Source of the DNA: Candidatus Woesebacteria bacterium RBG_13_46_13
GTDB taxonomy: Bacteria; Patescibacteriota; Microgenomatia; UBA8517
Length of the DNA stretch: 64,000 nt
Reading direction: 5' to 3'
Assembly: GCA_001791995.1 (NCBI GenBank)
Contig: MGFR01000003.1
Span: 89,543 to 153,542 of the forward strand
Shown: positions 29,176 through 38,562 of the stretch, piece by piece
Numbering within the stretch: position 1 is the stretch's first letter
How the letters are laid out: each line of letters starts with the position of its first letter
Program-made: the position numbers and the translations under genes
The notes under the pieces: generated by a model
Database searches by the model: none
The model's input: the letters and a program-made list of their open reading frames with translations, nothing else
What the model was told of the DNA's origin: nothing

Positions 29176-32100
29176 TCAAGAAGGGTTTGAATCCAACACT
29201 CCGGAAATTTGCCGGGCCAATTCTTCACTCCAGGCAATTTTTACCGGCAGATTCATTCTGCCTTTTTTGCCTTCGAAAACCAGGGTTACTTTTGATTGTC
29301 CGGGATTTGCCACCAAGAGGTCCCTTAATTTTCTTAACTTCTCCGCTTCCGTAGCTTTGGGAATACGGATGAAGACTTCGTTCTCTTTATCTGTCCGTCC
29401 CTCGGCGGTTTGAATTGCCTCGACAATCAGCGCGGGTGTTTCTTCACGGCTATCGACTCTGCCGGAAATGAGTAATGGTTTATAGTCTACCCAGTAATTT
29501 CTGGTGGATTTGAATATTTTGGGAAATACCACCAAATCGATGGAGCCGGTATCGTCCTCGGCTCTGACAAAGGCCATCTCTTGTCCGGAGTTTCTGGTCA
29601 CCACAATTCTGACCTCTTTGACAACCGCCGCAACCCTGACCGATTCGCCGAAAGTCTCGTGAGGGGAGATTTCGAATATTTTGTGCGTGGCCTCATGGAT
29701 CAAGGGGGTGAGCAGTTCCCCCACCGGTTTTGCGGAAAGGGAAAGGCCCAAAAGTTGTCTTTCCAAAGTCTGCAGTTCTTCCTGAGAAAATTCGCTCACT
29801 CCGGTATCTAATTTCTGGGCCTCAAAACTCTTGGGGTTTTTGATAAGGTCCTCCTCACCGAAAAGGCCCTCCTGGTTTTCCAGCGATTTGGGTTTGGATA
29901 CTTTGGCCCTAAGCTCATCCACTGCGAAGAGCAGTGCCGCACGGGAACCGAAATCGGACAAGGCCCCGACTTTAATCAGACTTTCCAAAACTTTCTTGTT
30001 GACCCGCCTGGTATCGACTTTGGAAAGGAAATCGGCGAAAGAATTAAATTTAGCTGCCGCGCGGGCTGCCAGGATGGCTTCAATTGCCGCATCCCCGACG
30101 TTTTTAATCGCCGAAAGACCAAAGCGGATTGCCTTGCCTTCCAAGGAATCCTTAGCTTCAACGATCTTAAAGCCGATATCGCTCTCGTTGATATCCGGAG
30201 GCAGCACTTTAATCTTCATCCGCCTGCACTCGTTGACTGCGGCGGAAACCTTATCGGTATCGTCGGACTCTGCGGTTAAGAGTGCATTCATAAACTCAAC
30301 CGGGTAATTGGCTTTCATATAGGCGGTTTGGTAGGCCACCATTCCGTAGGAGGCGGCGTGGGCTTTATTGAATCCGTAAGCCTGAAACGGTTCAAACAGC
30401 TGCCAAAGCATCTCGGCGAATTCTGCGGTCTGGCCGTTTGAGATAATTCCTTCCACAAAATGCTTTTTCTGAGCTGCCATTTCCGCCGGAATTTTCTTGC
30501 CCACCGCTTTTCTGAATTTATCGGCTTCTTCCCAGCTATAACCGGCGAGGACTATGGCGCAGAAAAGAAGATCGTCCTGGTAAACAATCAATCCGTAACT
30601 TTTGTCCAAGAATTCTTTCATTCTGGGATCTAAGTATTTAATCAACTTGGGGTTATTCTTGCGGGCAATATATTCGGGTATCACCGACATCGGTCCCGGC
30701 CTGTAAAGGGCCACCATGGCCATCAAGTCCTCGATTCTTGAGGGCTTGAGATCTTTTAAGTATCTGGTCATACCGGAGCCTCCGAGTTGAAAAACTCCCA
30801 TGGTTTCACCGCGGGAGAGCATCTCGAAAGTTTTCTTGTCGTCCAAGGGAATCTTGGCAACATCGATCTTTTTACCCAGCATTTCCTCAACAATGGCAAT
30901 TGAAGAGCCCAAAATGGCCAGGTTCCTTATTCCCAGGATGTCGAATTTGATAAGGCCTACGTCCTCGCAGGCGTGCATCTCATATTGGGTAATAACCTTA
31001 TCCCCCGAAGGCTCGAGTTGGATTGGCGTAAACCCGGTCAAGGCCGAAGGGGCAACCACCACTCCCGCCGCATGTACTGAAATGTGTCTGGCCGACCCTT
31101 CTATTTCTTTGGCCAAATCGATAATTTTCTTGGCATCTTTATCTTCGTTGTAAAGAGTTTTTAAATCCGAAGATACCGAGAGTGCTTTTTCGATGGTCAT
31201 GGGGAATCCCTGTGATCCTAAGGGGATGAGCTTGGCAATCCTGTCGCCGATTGCGTAGGGAAAACCCAATACTCTGGCCACGTCCCTGACCGCCGCCCTG
31301 GCAAGCATTCTTCCGAAGGTACATATCTGGGCGACCCTATCGTGCCCATAGGTGTCGCTGATATAGCCGATAACGTCTTCGCGCCGATCGTCGGCAACGT
31401 CGAAATCGATATCGGGAGGTGAGGGTCTGAAGGGATTTAGAAATCTTTCGAACGGCAAGTTATAGATAAGTGGGTTGACCGTGGTAATACCTAAGACATA
31501 AGAAACTAGGGAACCGGCCGCAGAACCCCTGGTGTTGGTGATAATTCCCTTGGAATTGGCCCAATTAACCATATCCATAACAATCAAAAAATACGGGGCG
31601 TAGCCTTTGGTACAAATAATTTCGAGTTCGTACTCCAGTCGTTCTTTGGTTTCCTTATCCGGCTCTTTGATTTTCTCTGCTAGACGCTGCCTGACTATTT
31701 TTTTCAAATACTCATCCGGTGCAAGCTTATCCGGTACGGGAAATTCCGGAAAATACCACTTGCCCAGGGTAATATCGGTTTCGCACTTCTGGGCAATTTT
31801 GACCGTATTCTCAAGGGCTTCCGGTAAATCCGCAAAAAGCTCTGACATTTCATCGGGATTTGTGATGTAAAAGGTGGGAGTGTCGATAAATCTTAATCTT
31901 TCGACCTCCGAAACATTTTTCCCGGTGGCGATGCAAACCAACGCATCCTGGGCGGTTGCGTCTTCTTTTTTGATGTAATGTGCGTCGTTGGTGGCAACAA
32001 TCGGAATCCCCATTTCCCGGCTTAACTTTTTAACCCCCGCTAAAATCTTCTTCTCGTTTTCGGCCATGGAAAGAACCTCCTCTTTAAGCTTGGGATTTTC

Positions 32101-32661
32101 AATCGCCCCGACATAATCCGAGTAATTATGCTTTTGTACTTCGAGATAATAATCTTGGCCGAAAACATCCAAAAACCACTCGGCGGTCTTGACCGCTTTT
32201 TTGTAGTCATCCGCGATGAGGGCTTGGGCGAGCTCTCCCTGGGCACACGCCGAAGTGCAGATGAGCCCCTTGGCGTATTTTGCTAAGGTCTCCCGGTCCA
32301 CACGCGGCCGGTAATAGTAACCTTCTATATGGGCCACCGAGGTTATCTTCATCAAGTTTTCATATCCTTCCCTGTTTTTCGCCAAAAGCAGGAGGTGGAA
32401 GTTTTGGAACTTGGACCTCTCCGGCCTTTGGTGCATATCAACATCCGTGGTGTAACCCTCCATCCCGATGATGGGTTTGACCTCGTGCTTTAAGGCCTCT
32501 TTGTAAAAATCGATTACCCCGTACATTGCCCCGTGATCGGTTACGGCGAGGGAGTCCATACCGCTTTCTTTGATGTGGTTAAACAGTTTGGGAATATTGG
32601 ACAATCCGTCCAGAAGTGAATATTCCGTATGGACATGAAGATGGACAAACTTCTTGGCCAT
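29176..32661 (-). CDS. dnaE: DNA polymerase III alpha subunit
   Basis: FVHLHVHTEYSLLDG, RGSAAGS, PDIDFD, YGFNKAHA; start at MAKKFV. Confidence 0.98.
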   Translation of the reverse strand: MAKKFVHLHVHTEYSLLDGLSNIPKLFNHIKESGMDSLAVTDHGAMYGVIDFYKEALKHEVKPIIGMEGYTTDVDMHQRPERSKFQNFHLLLLAKNREGYENLMKITSVAHIEGYYYRPRVDRETLAKYAKGLICTSACAQGELAQALIADDYKKAVKTAEWFLDVFGQDYYLEVQKHNYSDYVGAIENPKLKEEVLSMAENEKKILAGVKKLSREMGIPIVATNDAHYIKKEDATAQDALVCIATGKNVSEVERLRFIDTPTFYITNPDEMSELFADLPEALENTVKIAQKCETDITLGKWYFPEFPVPDKLAPDEYLKKIVRQRLAEKIKEPDKETKERLEYELEIICTKGYAPYFLIVMDMVNWANSKGIITNTRGSAAGSLVSYVLGITTVNPLIYNLPFERFLNPFRPSPPDIDFDVADDRREDVIGYISDTYGHDRVAQICTFGRMLARAAVRDVARVLGFPYAIGDRIAKLIPLGSQGFPMTIEKALSVSSDLKTLYNEDKDAKKIIDLAKEIEGSARHISVHAAGVVVAPSALTGFTPIQLEPSGDKVITQYEMHACEDVGLIKFDILGIRNLAILGSSIAIVEEMLGKKIDVAKIPLDDKKTFEMLSRGETMGVFQLGGSGMTRYLKDLKPSRIEDLMAMVALYRPGPMSVIPEYIARKNNPKLIKYLDPRMKEFLDKSYGLIVYQDDLLFCAIVLAGYSWEEADKFRKAVGKKIPAEMAAQKKHFVEGIISNGQTAEFAEMLWQLFEPFQAYGFNKAHAASYGMVAYQTAYMKANYPVEFMNALLTAESDDTDKVSAAVNECRRMKIKVLPPDINESDIGFKIVEAKDSLEGKAIRFGLSAIKNVGDAAIEAILAARAAAKFNSFADFLSKVDTRRVNKKVLESLIKVGALSDFGSRAALLFAVDELRAKVSKPKSLENQEGLFGEEDLIKNPKSFEAQKLDTGVSEFSQEELQTLERQLLGLSLSAKPVGELLTPLIHEATHKIFEISPHETFGESVRVAAVVKEVRIVVTRNSGQEMAFVRAEDDTGSIDLVVFPKIFKSTRNYWVDYKPLLISGRVDSREETPALIVEAIQTAEGRTDKENEVFIRIPKATEAEKLRKLRDLLVANPGQSKVTLVFEGKKGRMNLPVKIAWSEELARQISGVLDSNPS

Positions 32662-32662
32662 A

Positions 32663-33991
32663 TCAGCTTTCCTCCAAGAGACCAAGCAAAATTTCCTGAA
32701 TCACTTTGGGGTCGGCGCTGCCTTTAAGTTTCTGCTGAGCCTTACCCACCAGGAATCCCAAGACCTGTTTCTTCCCTTTTTTATAATCACTCACAGCGCT
32801 TTCTTCGGCGCCGACAATCTCTCTGACTGCTGTTTCCGTAATTTCTTTAGAGGAATATACCTTGTGCGTTGCCTCCACTATTTTTTTGATAAATCCTGCC
32901 GGTTCGCTAAAATCTTTATCCATGTTTTTGTTAATCATCAAATCCGCTATCGTTTTGGCCGAAAAACCGGACTTTTCTCCCAGGCTAACTGCTTTCTCGA
33001 AGTAATCTGCTCTGGCCAGATCATCGGCTAATATCCCGCAGTAAAGTGCGGACAAGCCGTAATCTTTTTCAAAGCGGTTTCGTTTTTCTTTGGGCAATTC
33101 GGGCAACGAAGCTTTTATTTTGGCAATTTCGTTATTATCGAATCTTAGAGGAGGAATATCCGGCTCCGGAAAGTAGCGGTAATCTTTGGCCTCTTCCTTC
33201 ACCCTTTGAGAAAAAGTCTTTCCCGTTGTTTCGGAGTAACCTCTAGTCTCCTGTACCACGGAGTCTCCTTTGGCCAATATTTCTTCCTGTCGGGCAAGCT
33301 CGACATTTATGGCTTTAACCAGAAATCTGAAGGAGTTAATATTCTTAAGTTCCACTTTATAATCGGGAAGAGCCTGACTTCCCAATTCCCCCAAAGAAAT
33401 ATTTGCCTCAAGGCGCATCGAGCCTTTTTCCATATCTGCGGTCGATATTCCCAAATAGCGGACTATTTTCTGCACTTCTTTCAAAAATTCGCTGACTTCT
33501 TGACCGTTTTCAAAATCAGGTTCGGTGACCAGCTCAACCAGGGGCACTCCGCTGCGGTTGAAATCCACCAGGGTAACTTTTATGCCCCCCACCTCCGAGT
33601 GAATCAGCTTCGCTGTATCTTCCTCCAGATGGATTCTTCTGATTCTGATTTTCTTGCCGGACTCCATTGTCCATTCCCCAAGAACACAGATCGGTAAATC
33701 GTATTGGCTTATCTGATAACCTTTGGGCAAATCCGGATAGAAGTAGTGCTTCCTGTCGAACTTGGAAAAGCTGTTTACCTGGCAAGCAAAAGCCAGGCCG
33801 AGTTTTGCGGTGGATAATATTGCCTCTCGATTGGCAAAAGGAAGTGCGCCCGGCAAGCCCAAACAGACAGGACAGACCTGGGTGTTGGCGGGCTTGGCGA
33901 AGTGTTCGCTGCTGCAGGCACAAAACATCTTCGACCTAGTCGAAAGCTCTACATGCACTTCCAATCCGATAATTTTTCTGAAAGCACTCAT
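32663..33991 (-). CDS. gatB: Asp/Glu-tRNA amidotransferase subunit B
   Basis: IGLEVHVEL, FDRKHYFYPDLPKGYQISQ, DYRYFPEPD. Confidence 0.97.
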   Translation of the reverse strand: MSAFRKIIGLEVHVELSTRSKMFCACSSEHFAKPANTQVCPVCLGLPGALPFANREAILSTAKLGLAFACQVNSFSKFDRKHYFYPDLPKGYQISQYDLPICVLGEWTMESGKKIRIRRIHLEEDTAKLIHSEVGGIKVTLVDFNRSGVPLVELVTEPDFENGQEVSEFLKEVQKIVRYLGISTADMEKGSMRLEANISLGELGSQALPDYKVELKNINSFRFLVKAINVELARQEEILAKGDSVVQETRGYSETTGKTFSQRVKEEAKDYRYFPEPDIPPLRFDNNEIAKIKASLPELPKEKRNRFEKDYGLSALYCGILADDLARADYFEKAVSLGEKSGFSAKTIADLMINKNMDKDFSEPAGFIKKIVEATHKVYSSKEITETAVREIVGAEESAVSDYKKGKKQVLGFLVGKAQQKLKGSADPKVIQEILLGLLEES

Positions 33992-35244
33992 CCGCTAAAG
34001 CCCTCCTCTATAAACTTTTGCCCCAGCTTCTTTGAAAAAATCAAACCTGTTAGAGTTAAAGCACCCAGAAGAAAAAGCAGTAACCTGATTCCGAAAAGTT
34101 CGGCAATCGTTCCTGAAAATATCACCGGAAAGATAGTCGCGATAGTTGCCAAAAACCAGAAATTCCCAAAGACCCTGCCCCTTAAACCTCCGGGGGTAGC
34201 CTCCTGCAAAAATGTCTGGGCGGGAATGATCATGCCCACGAAACTGGCACCGGCCAGAAGAATGATTAGAGGTCCCAAGATTACCCTACCTGTATCGGGA
34301 ATTTCGGGAAGAATAAAAACCAAAAGGAATAAAGTCAGGGTAATGAGGGTCAAAGACATATCGATTACCCTCTTTTTCCTCCAGCCAATCTTGAGAAGCT
34401 TGGAGGCTATCAATGCCCCCACGATAGCTCCCACCCCTGCCGGAACCACAATGGCAACACCCGCACTATTGAGAGGAACTTTGAAAACATCGGCAGCTAT
34501 CACCGGAATGTTTACGGTCACGATTGCCAAGGAAACCTGGATCGTTAAAAGCAGTACAAAAGGAACCAGGATACTCTTCTTTTCTTTGATAAATCTATAT
34601 CCTTCCAAAATTCTTTCAAAGAATTTGCCGATCGCCTCTTCAAATTCTTTGGGCAGGGTGTGCTGGGATTTTAATTCGGGAAGAAAAAGTACACTGACAA
34701 AGGCCAGGAACAAAAAGGCCGCACAGAGATAGAGTGTGGTATCAAATCCAAAAACCTGCTTGAGAATTCCGGCAAAACCGAAACCCAATATCAATGAGGC
34801 CTGTTGTGTCAGGAAGAAAAGACCATTGGCTTGCGGTAGGTACGGTTTCTTAACTACGGAGGGTAAGGTTGCCGCTTCCGCCGGAACGTAAAACTGATTT
34901 AAGAAGGAGTAGGAAAGGGCGACTCCATAAAGCAGGAACAAACTCGTCTGGTGCAAAAGCGCATAGGCCAGTATCGTTAAAGACTGTAGGAAATTAGTCA
35001 CGACCAGCATTTTTCGCCTGGAAACCATATCAACCGAAGCCGCGGCCAAGGGCCCTATAAAGATAGCAGGTAAGGCATAGATAACCCACAAAAAGCTGGT
35101 GGCGATAGAAGAGCCCGTCTTTTCGAAAAGCCGGGTCAGTAACAGAAAATTCATGATGTTAATCGTCAGCTGGGAAAGAACCTGAGAGACCCAGATATAG
35201 ACGAACTTAGGGTTCTTCAATAATGGTTTGTAATCCGATATCAT
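33988..35244 (-). CDS. MFS transporter
   Basis: About 12 hydrophobic segments, motif A-like VDMVSRRKML, LRGRVFG. Confidence 0.88.
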   Translation of the reverse strand: MISDYKPLLKNPKFVYIWVSQVLSQLTINIMNFLLLTRLFEKTGSSIATSFLWVIYALPAIFIGPLAAASVDMVSRRKMLVVTNFLQSLTILAYALLHQTSLFLLYGVALSYSFLNQFYVPAEAATLPSVVKKPYLPQANGLFFLTQQASLILGFGFAGILKQVFGFDTTLYLCAAFLFLAFVSVLFLPELKSQHTLPKEFEEAIGKFFERILEGYRFIKEKKSILVPFVLLLTIQVSLAIVTVNIPVIAADVFKVPLNSAGVAIVVPAGVGAIVGALIASKLLKIGWRKKRVIDMSLTLITLTLFLLVFILPEIPDTGRVILGPLIILLAGASFVGMIIPAQTFLQEATPGGLRGRVFGNFWFLATIATIFPVIFSGTIAELFGIRLLLFLLGALTLTGLIFSKKLGQKFIEEGFSG

Positions 35245-35245
35245 T

Positions 35246-36655
35246 TTATAAATCCTTTGCTAGTTTAAACTTCCATCCAGATGCGTTCTGATAAAGTTCA
35301 CCGAGGGCAAAAAGCGTATGTTCCGAAAAGCGCGGGCCCATCAGTTGAATACCCAAGGGTAAACCTGCCTTTGAGAATCCGGATGGAATTGCAAGCCCTG
35401 GAATTCCTGCGATGTTTGCCGGCACGGTTAAGATATCCGCCAGATACATTTTTAAAGGATCGTCCGCTTTTTCTCCCAAGCGGAAGGCTGTGGTCGGGGA
35501 GACCGGAGCTATGATTGCATCAACAAGGGCAAAAGCTTTATCGAAATCTTCGATTATTTTGGAGCGGACCTTCATTGCCTTAAGATAATAGGCTTCGTAA
35601 TAACCGGCCGAAAGTACATAAGTCCCCAGCATGATTCTTCTTTTTGCCTCGGCTCCAAATGAAGTCCTGGGGCCTCCGTAGCGAACTCCGTCGTACCTTC
35701 CCAAGTTGGAGGAAACTTCCGCGGGTTGGATTATGTAATAAACAGAGATGGCATATCTTGTATGCGGCAGGTTTATTTCAACCAGCTCTATCCCCTCTTT
35801 TTCAAATAATTTAGAGGCTTTGTAAACCGAATCCTTCACTTCCTCCTCTACCCCTTCGGCAAAATATTCCTTGGGGATACCAAGTTTTATCTTGGCTTTG
35901 GGTTTGGCTGCTTTAAAATTCTTGACGGTGGAGTCTTTCCCGTCTTCGCCCCGAACCACATCAAATACCTTTTCGGCATCAGCCACGCTTTGGCTAAAAT
36001 GCCCAACCGAGTCCAGAGAAGAGGCCATTGCCGTCACCCCATACCTGGAAACTGCTCCGTAGGTCGGTTTAAATCCGACAACCCCGGAAAAATTTGCGGG
36101 TTGTCTTATCGAACCTCCCGTATCGGTCCCTGTTGCGATGGTAGTTAAACCACTGGCAACAGAAACAGCGGAACCGCTGGAGGAACCACCCGGCACAAAC
36201 TCCGTATTCCAGGGATTTTTGGTCGGCCCGTAATCCGAATTTTCTCCGGATGCTCCGTGGGCCCAGGCGTCGCAGTTGGTTTTCCCTATCGTAATACACC
36301 CCGCCGACTCCAGCCTGGCTACCACTGTGGCCGAGTATGCGGGGATATAAGTGTCAAGCACTTTTGATCCGGCTGTCGTTCGTATTCCTTCTGTCAAAAA
36401 TAAATCTTTATGGGCCACAACTGTCCCAAATAAGGGGTGCTCTCCTTTTATATCCACCCCCAAATCTTTAATAAGTTTGTCTACTTTTTTTGCATCGGAG
36501 TAGGCCTTATCTTTACTGACGGTAATAAAAACATTTAACTTGGGGTTAGCCTTTTCTATATTTTCCATGTAAGTATCAACCAATTCCACGCAGCTGACTT
36601 CTTTGGACAAAAGAAGCTTTTGTATTTCAGCAATTGTAAATGGTAGATTTTTCAC
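35246..36655 (-). CDS. gatA: Asp/Glu-tRNA amidotransferase subunit A
   Basis: Amidase signature PGGSSSGSA, GTDTGGSIRQPA, KRRIMLGTYVLS. Confidence 0.97.
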   Translation of the reverse strand: MKNLPFTIAEIQKLLLSKEVSCVELVDTYMENIEKANPKLNVFITVSKDKAYSDAKKVDKLIKDLGVDIKGEHPLFGTVVAHKDLFLTEGIRTTAGSKVLDTYIPAYSATVVARLESAGCITIGKTNCDAWAHGASGENSDYGPTKNPWNTEFVPGGSSSGSAVSVASGLTTIATGTDTGGSIRQPANFSGVVGFKPTYGAVSRYGVTAMASSLDSVGHFSQSVADAEKVFDVVRGEDGKDSTVKNFKAAKPKAKIKLGIPKEYFAEGVEEEVKDSVYKASKLFEKEGIELVEINLPHTRYAISVYYIIQPAEVSSNLGRYDGVRYGGPRTSFGAEAKRRIMLGTYVLSAGYYEAYYLKAMKVRSKIIEDFDKAFALVDAIIAPVSPTTAFRLGEKADDPLKMYLADILTVPANIAGIPGLAIPSGFSKAGLPLGIQLMGPRFSEHTLFALGELYQNASGWKFKLAKDL

Positions 36656-36963
36656 TTTTCTCCTTTTTCCGACAGCACCGCATCAACGACAAAATAGCCG
36701 TTGTGGATTTTATCCGAACCCGAAAGCGCATTTTCTTTGCTAAGGTTATCCTGGCCCTTAAGTTCGTCGGTTCTGAATACGTCCGTAAGTCCGGTGGTTT
36801 GACTCGTTGGCTCAACCCCTTCGGTATTAACTTCCGCCAATTCTCCGACGTACTCAACCACCTGTGAAAGTTGCTTTGCGTATTTTTCTTCCTCTTCGGG
36901 GGATAGAGTTAACCGCGCCAGTTTTGCTACATGAAGCACTTCCTTCTTCGCCAATTTACTCAT
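36652..36963 (-). CDS. gatC: Asp/Glu-tRNA amidotransferase subunit C
   Basis: VLHVAKLARL, VNTEGVEPT, GYFVV; upstream of gatA. Confidence 0.93.
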   Translation of the reverse strand: MSKLAKKEVLHVAKLARLTLSPEEEEKYAKQLSQVVEYVGELAEVNTEGVEPTSQTTGLTDVFRTDELKGQDNLSKENALSGSDKIHNGYFVVDAVLSEKGEK

Positions 36964-37014
36964 GTTCATATCATATTCTTAAGAAGCTTCTTCGACAAGA
37001 CTTTTTCGCTAATA

Positions 37015-37941
37015 TCAGGCCATCTCCTTAAGAATCTTTATGCGCTCGGAAACGGGCGGATGGGTATTAAAAAGACCTGCCAATCTTTCTACTGCCCTAC
37101 CGGTTCTTTCTTTAAACGGATTGACTATAAAAAGGTGAGCCGTGGCTTTGTTAGCAACTTCCAAAGGCTCCCTGTCTGCCGAAATCTTTTCCAAAGCAGA
37201 GATAAGACCCTCCGGCTGGCGGGTAATGGCTACCGAGCCGGCATCGGCTAAATATTCTCTTCTGCGGGATATTGCCAGCTGGATAAGTTGGGCGATTATC
37301 GGTGAAAGGATTGCAAAAATAATTCCTAGTAACATAATTACCGCTCCCAACCCTCCACTGTCATTGTCGTCCCTTCTTCCGCCCCAGCGCATTCTGAGAA
37401 ACCAATCTCCCAGGAGGGCAACCATCCCCACCATGACTGCCACCAACCCCTGGAGTCTGATGTCGTAATTTTTGACGTGTGATAACTCGTGACCGATTAC
37501 CCCTTCCAATTCGGTTCTTGTTAGTTTGTCTAAAAGTCCGGTGGTTGCACAGATGACCGCACGCTTGGGATCTCTGCCTGTAGCAAATGCGTTCGGGGCG
37601 GAGTCTTCTATGACGTAGAGTTTGGGTTTGGGAAGTCCGGTCGCAATGGCCAAATTTTCGGCAACAGTATAGAAAGTAAAGTCCTTCTTCCTATTGGCCG
37701 GTCTGGCCTGGGATATCGAAAGAACTATCTTGTCGCTGAAATAATAGCTGCCGATACTTAATAGTCCCGAAACAATTAGGGCCAAACCTACCATCCCCAA
37801 CCCACCCGGACGGTATCCGCTATAGACAGCAAATGCCTGGGACAGAACATAGACTGCCAGAGCTACAAAGAGAAAAAAGACAACAACAACTAAAGCGCTT
37901 TTGCGCTTATTGGCTGCTTGGGCTTCGTAAACGTTGACCAT
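37015..37941 (-). CDS. htpX: Zinc metalloprotease HtpX (M48)
   Basis: PNAFATG, HELSH, SRRREYLAD, FNTHPP. Confidence 0.94.
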   Translation of the reverse strand: MVNVYEAQAANKRKSALVVVVFFLFVALAVYVLSQAFAVYSGYRPGGLGMVGLALIVSGLLSIGSYYFSDKIVLSISQARPANRKKDFTFYTVAENLAIATGLPKPKLYVIEDSAPNAFATGRDPKRAVICATTGLLDKLTRTELEGVIGHELSHVKNYDIRLQGLVAVMVGMVALLGDWFLRMRWGGRRDDNDSGGLGAVIMLLGIIFAILSPIIAQLIQLAISRRREYLADAGSVAITRQPEGLISALEKISADREPLEVANKATAHLFIVNPFKERTGRAVERLAGLFNTHPPVSERIKILKEMA

Positions 37942-37943
37942 CT

Positions 37944-38525
37944 CTAAAGCTTAACCTTGGGGGATTTCATCTCGGTCTCACTAACCTTGGTGTGTTCACC
38001 CTCTTGGGGTGTAATTAAACCAGGCAGTTCGTCGAATTTGAAGAGACCTGCGATGAAGCTTGAAGGAACGCTTACCCTGCGAACGTTGTAATCCGCAGTT
38101 AAGTCGATTACCAACCTTCTGGCGTACATTACCTTATCCGAGGTATCCCTAAGTTCATCCATAAGTTTGGTTACAACATCCGAACCTTTAAGCTCGGGGT
38201 TATCCTCAACGGCGACCGTAATCGAAGGGATGACGGCTGCGAGCTTGGCTCCTGCGTCGGCCATTTTCTGGACATTTCCAGATTGAACGGCGGCCGAGAT
38301 TGCCCTTCTGGCCGAAGTCAAATCCTCAAAAATACCTTTTTCGTGTTTGAGGTAGCCTTTTGTCGATTCAACCAAATTCGGAATAAGCTCGGCTTGTCTC
38401 TTGAGTTGGTTTCCTATCTCTTGCACAGAGGCCTTGATTCTGGCTTTGCTCGAGACAAAAAAGTTATAAACGGAAATAGCCCACAAGACCAAAAGTACTG
38501 CTATTCCTAGTGCTAAATACCACAT
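37944..38525 (-). CDS. lemA: LemA family protein
   Basis: TM, QLKRQAELIPNLV, KHEK, PELK; paired with htpX; ATG at 38525 preceded by GGGGGTGA. Confidence 0.9.
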   Translation of the reverse strand: MWYLALGIAVLLVLWAISVYNFFVSSKARIKASVQEIGNQLKRQAELIPNLVESTKGYLKHEKGIFEDLTSARRAISAAVQSGNVQKMADAGAKLAAVIPSITVAVEDNPELKGSDVVTKLMDELRDTSDKVMYARRLVIDLTADYNVRRVSVPSSFIAGLFKFDELPGLITPQEGEHTKVSETEMKSPKVKL

Positions 38526-38562
38526 TGTTATCACCCCCTATCTAACCAATCAGTTTACTAGC

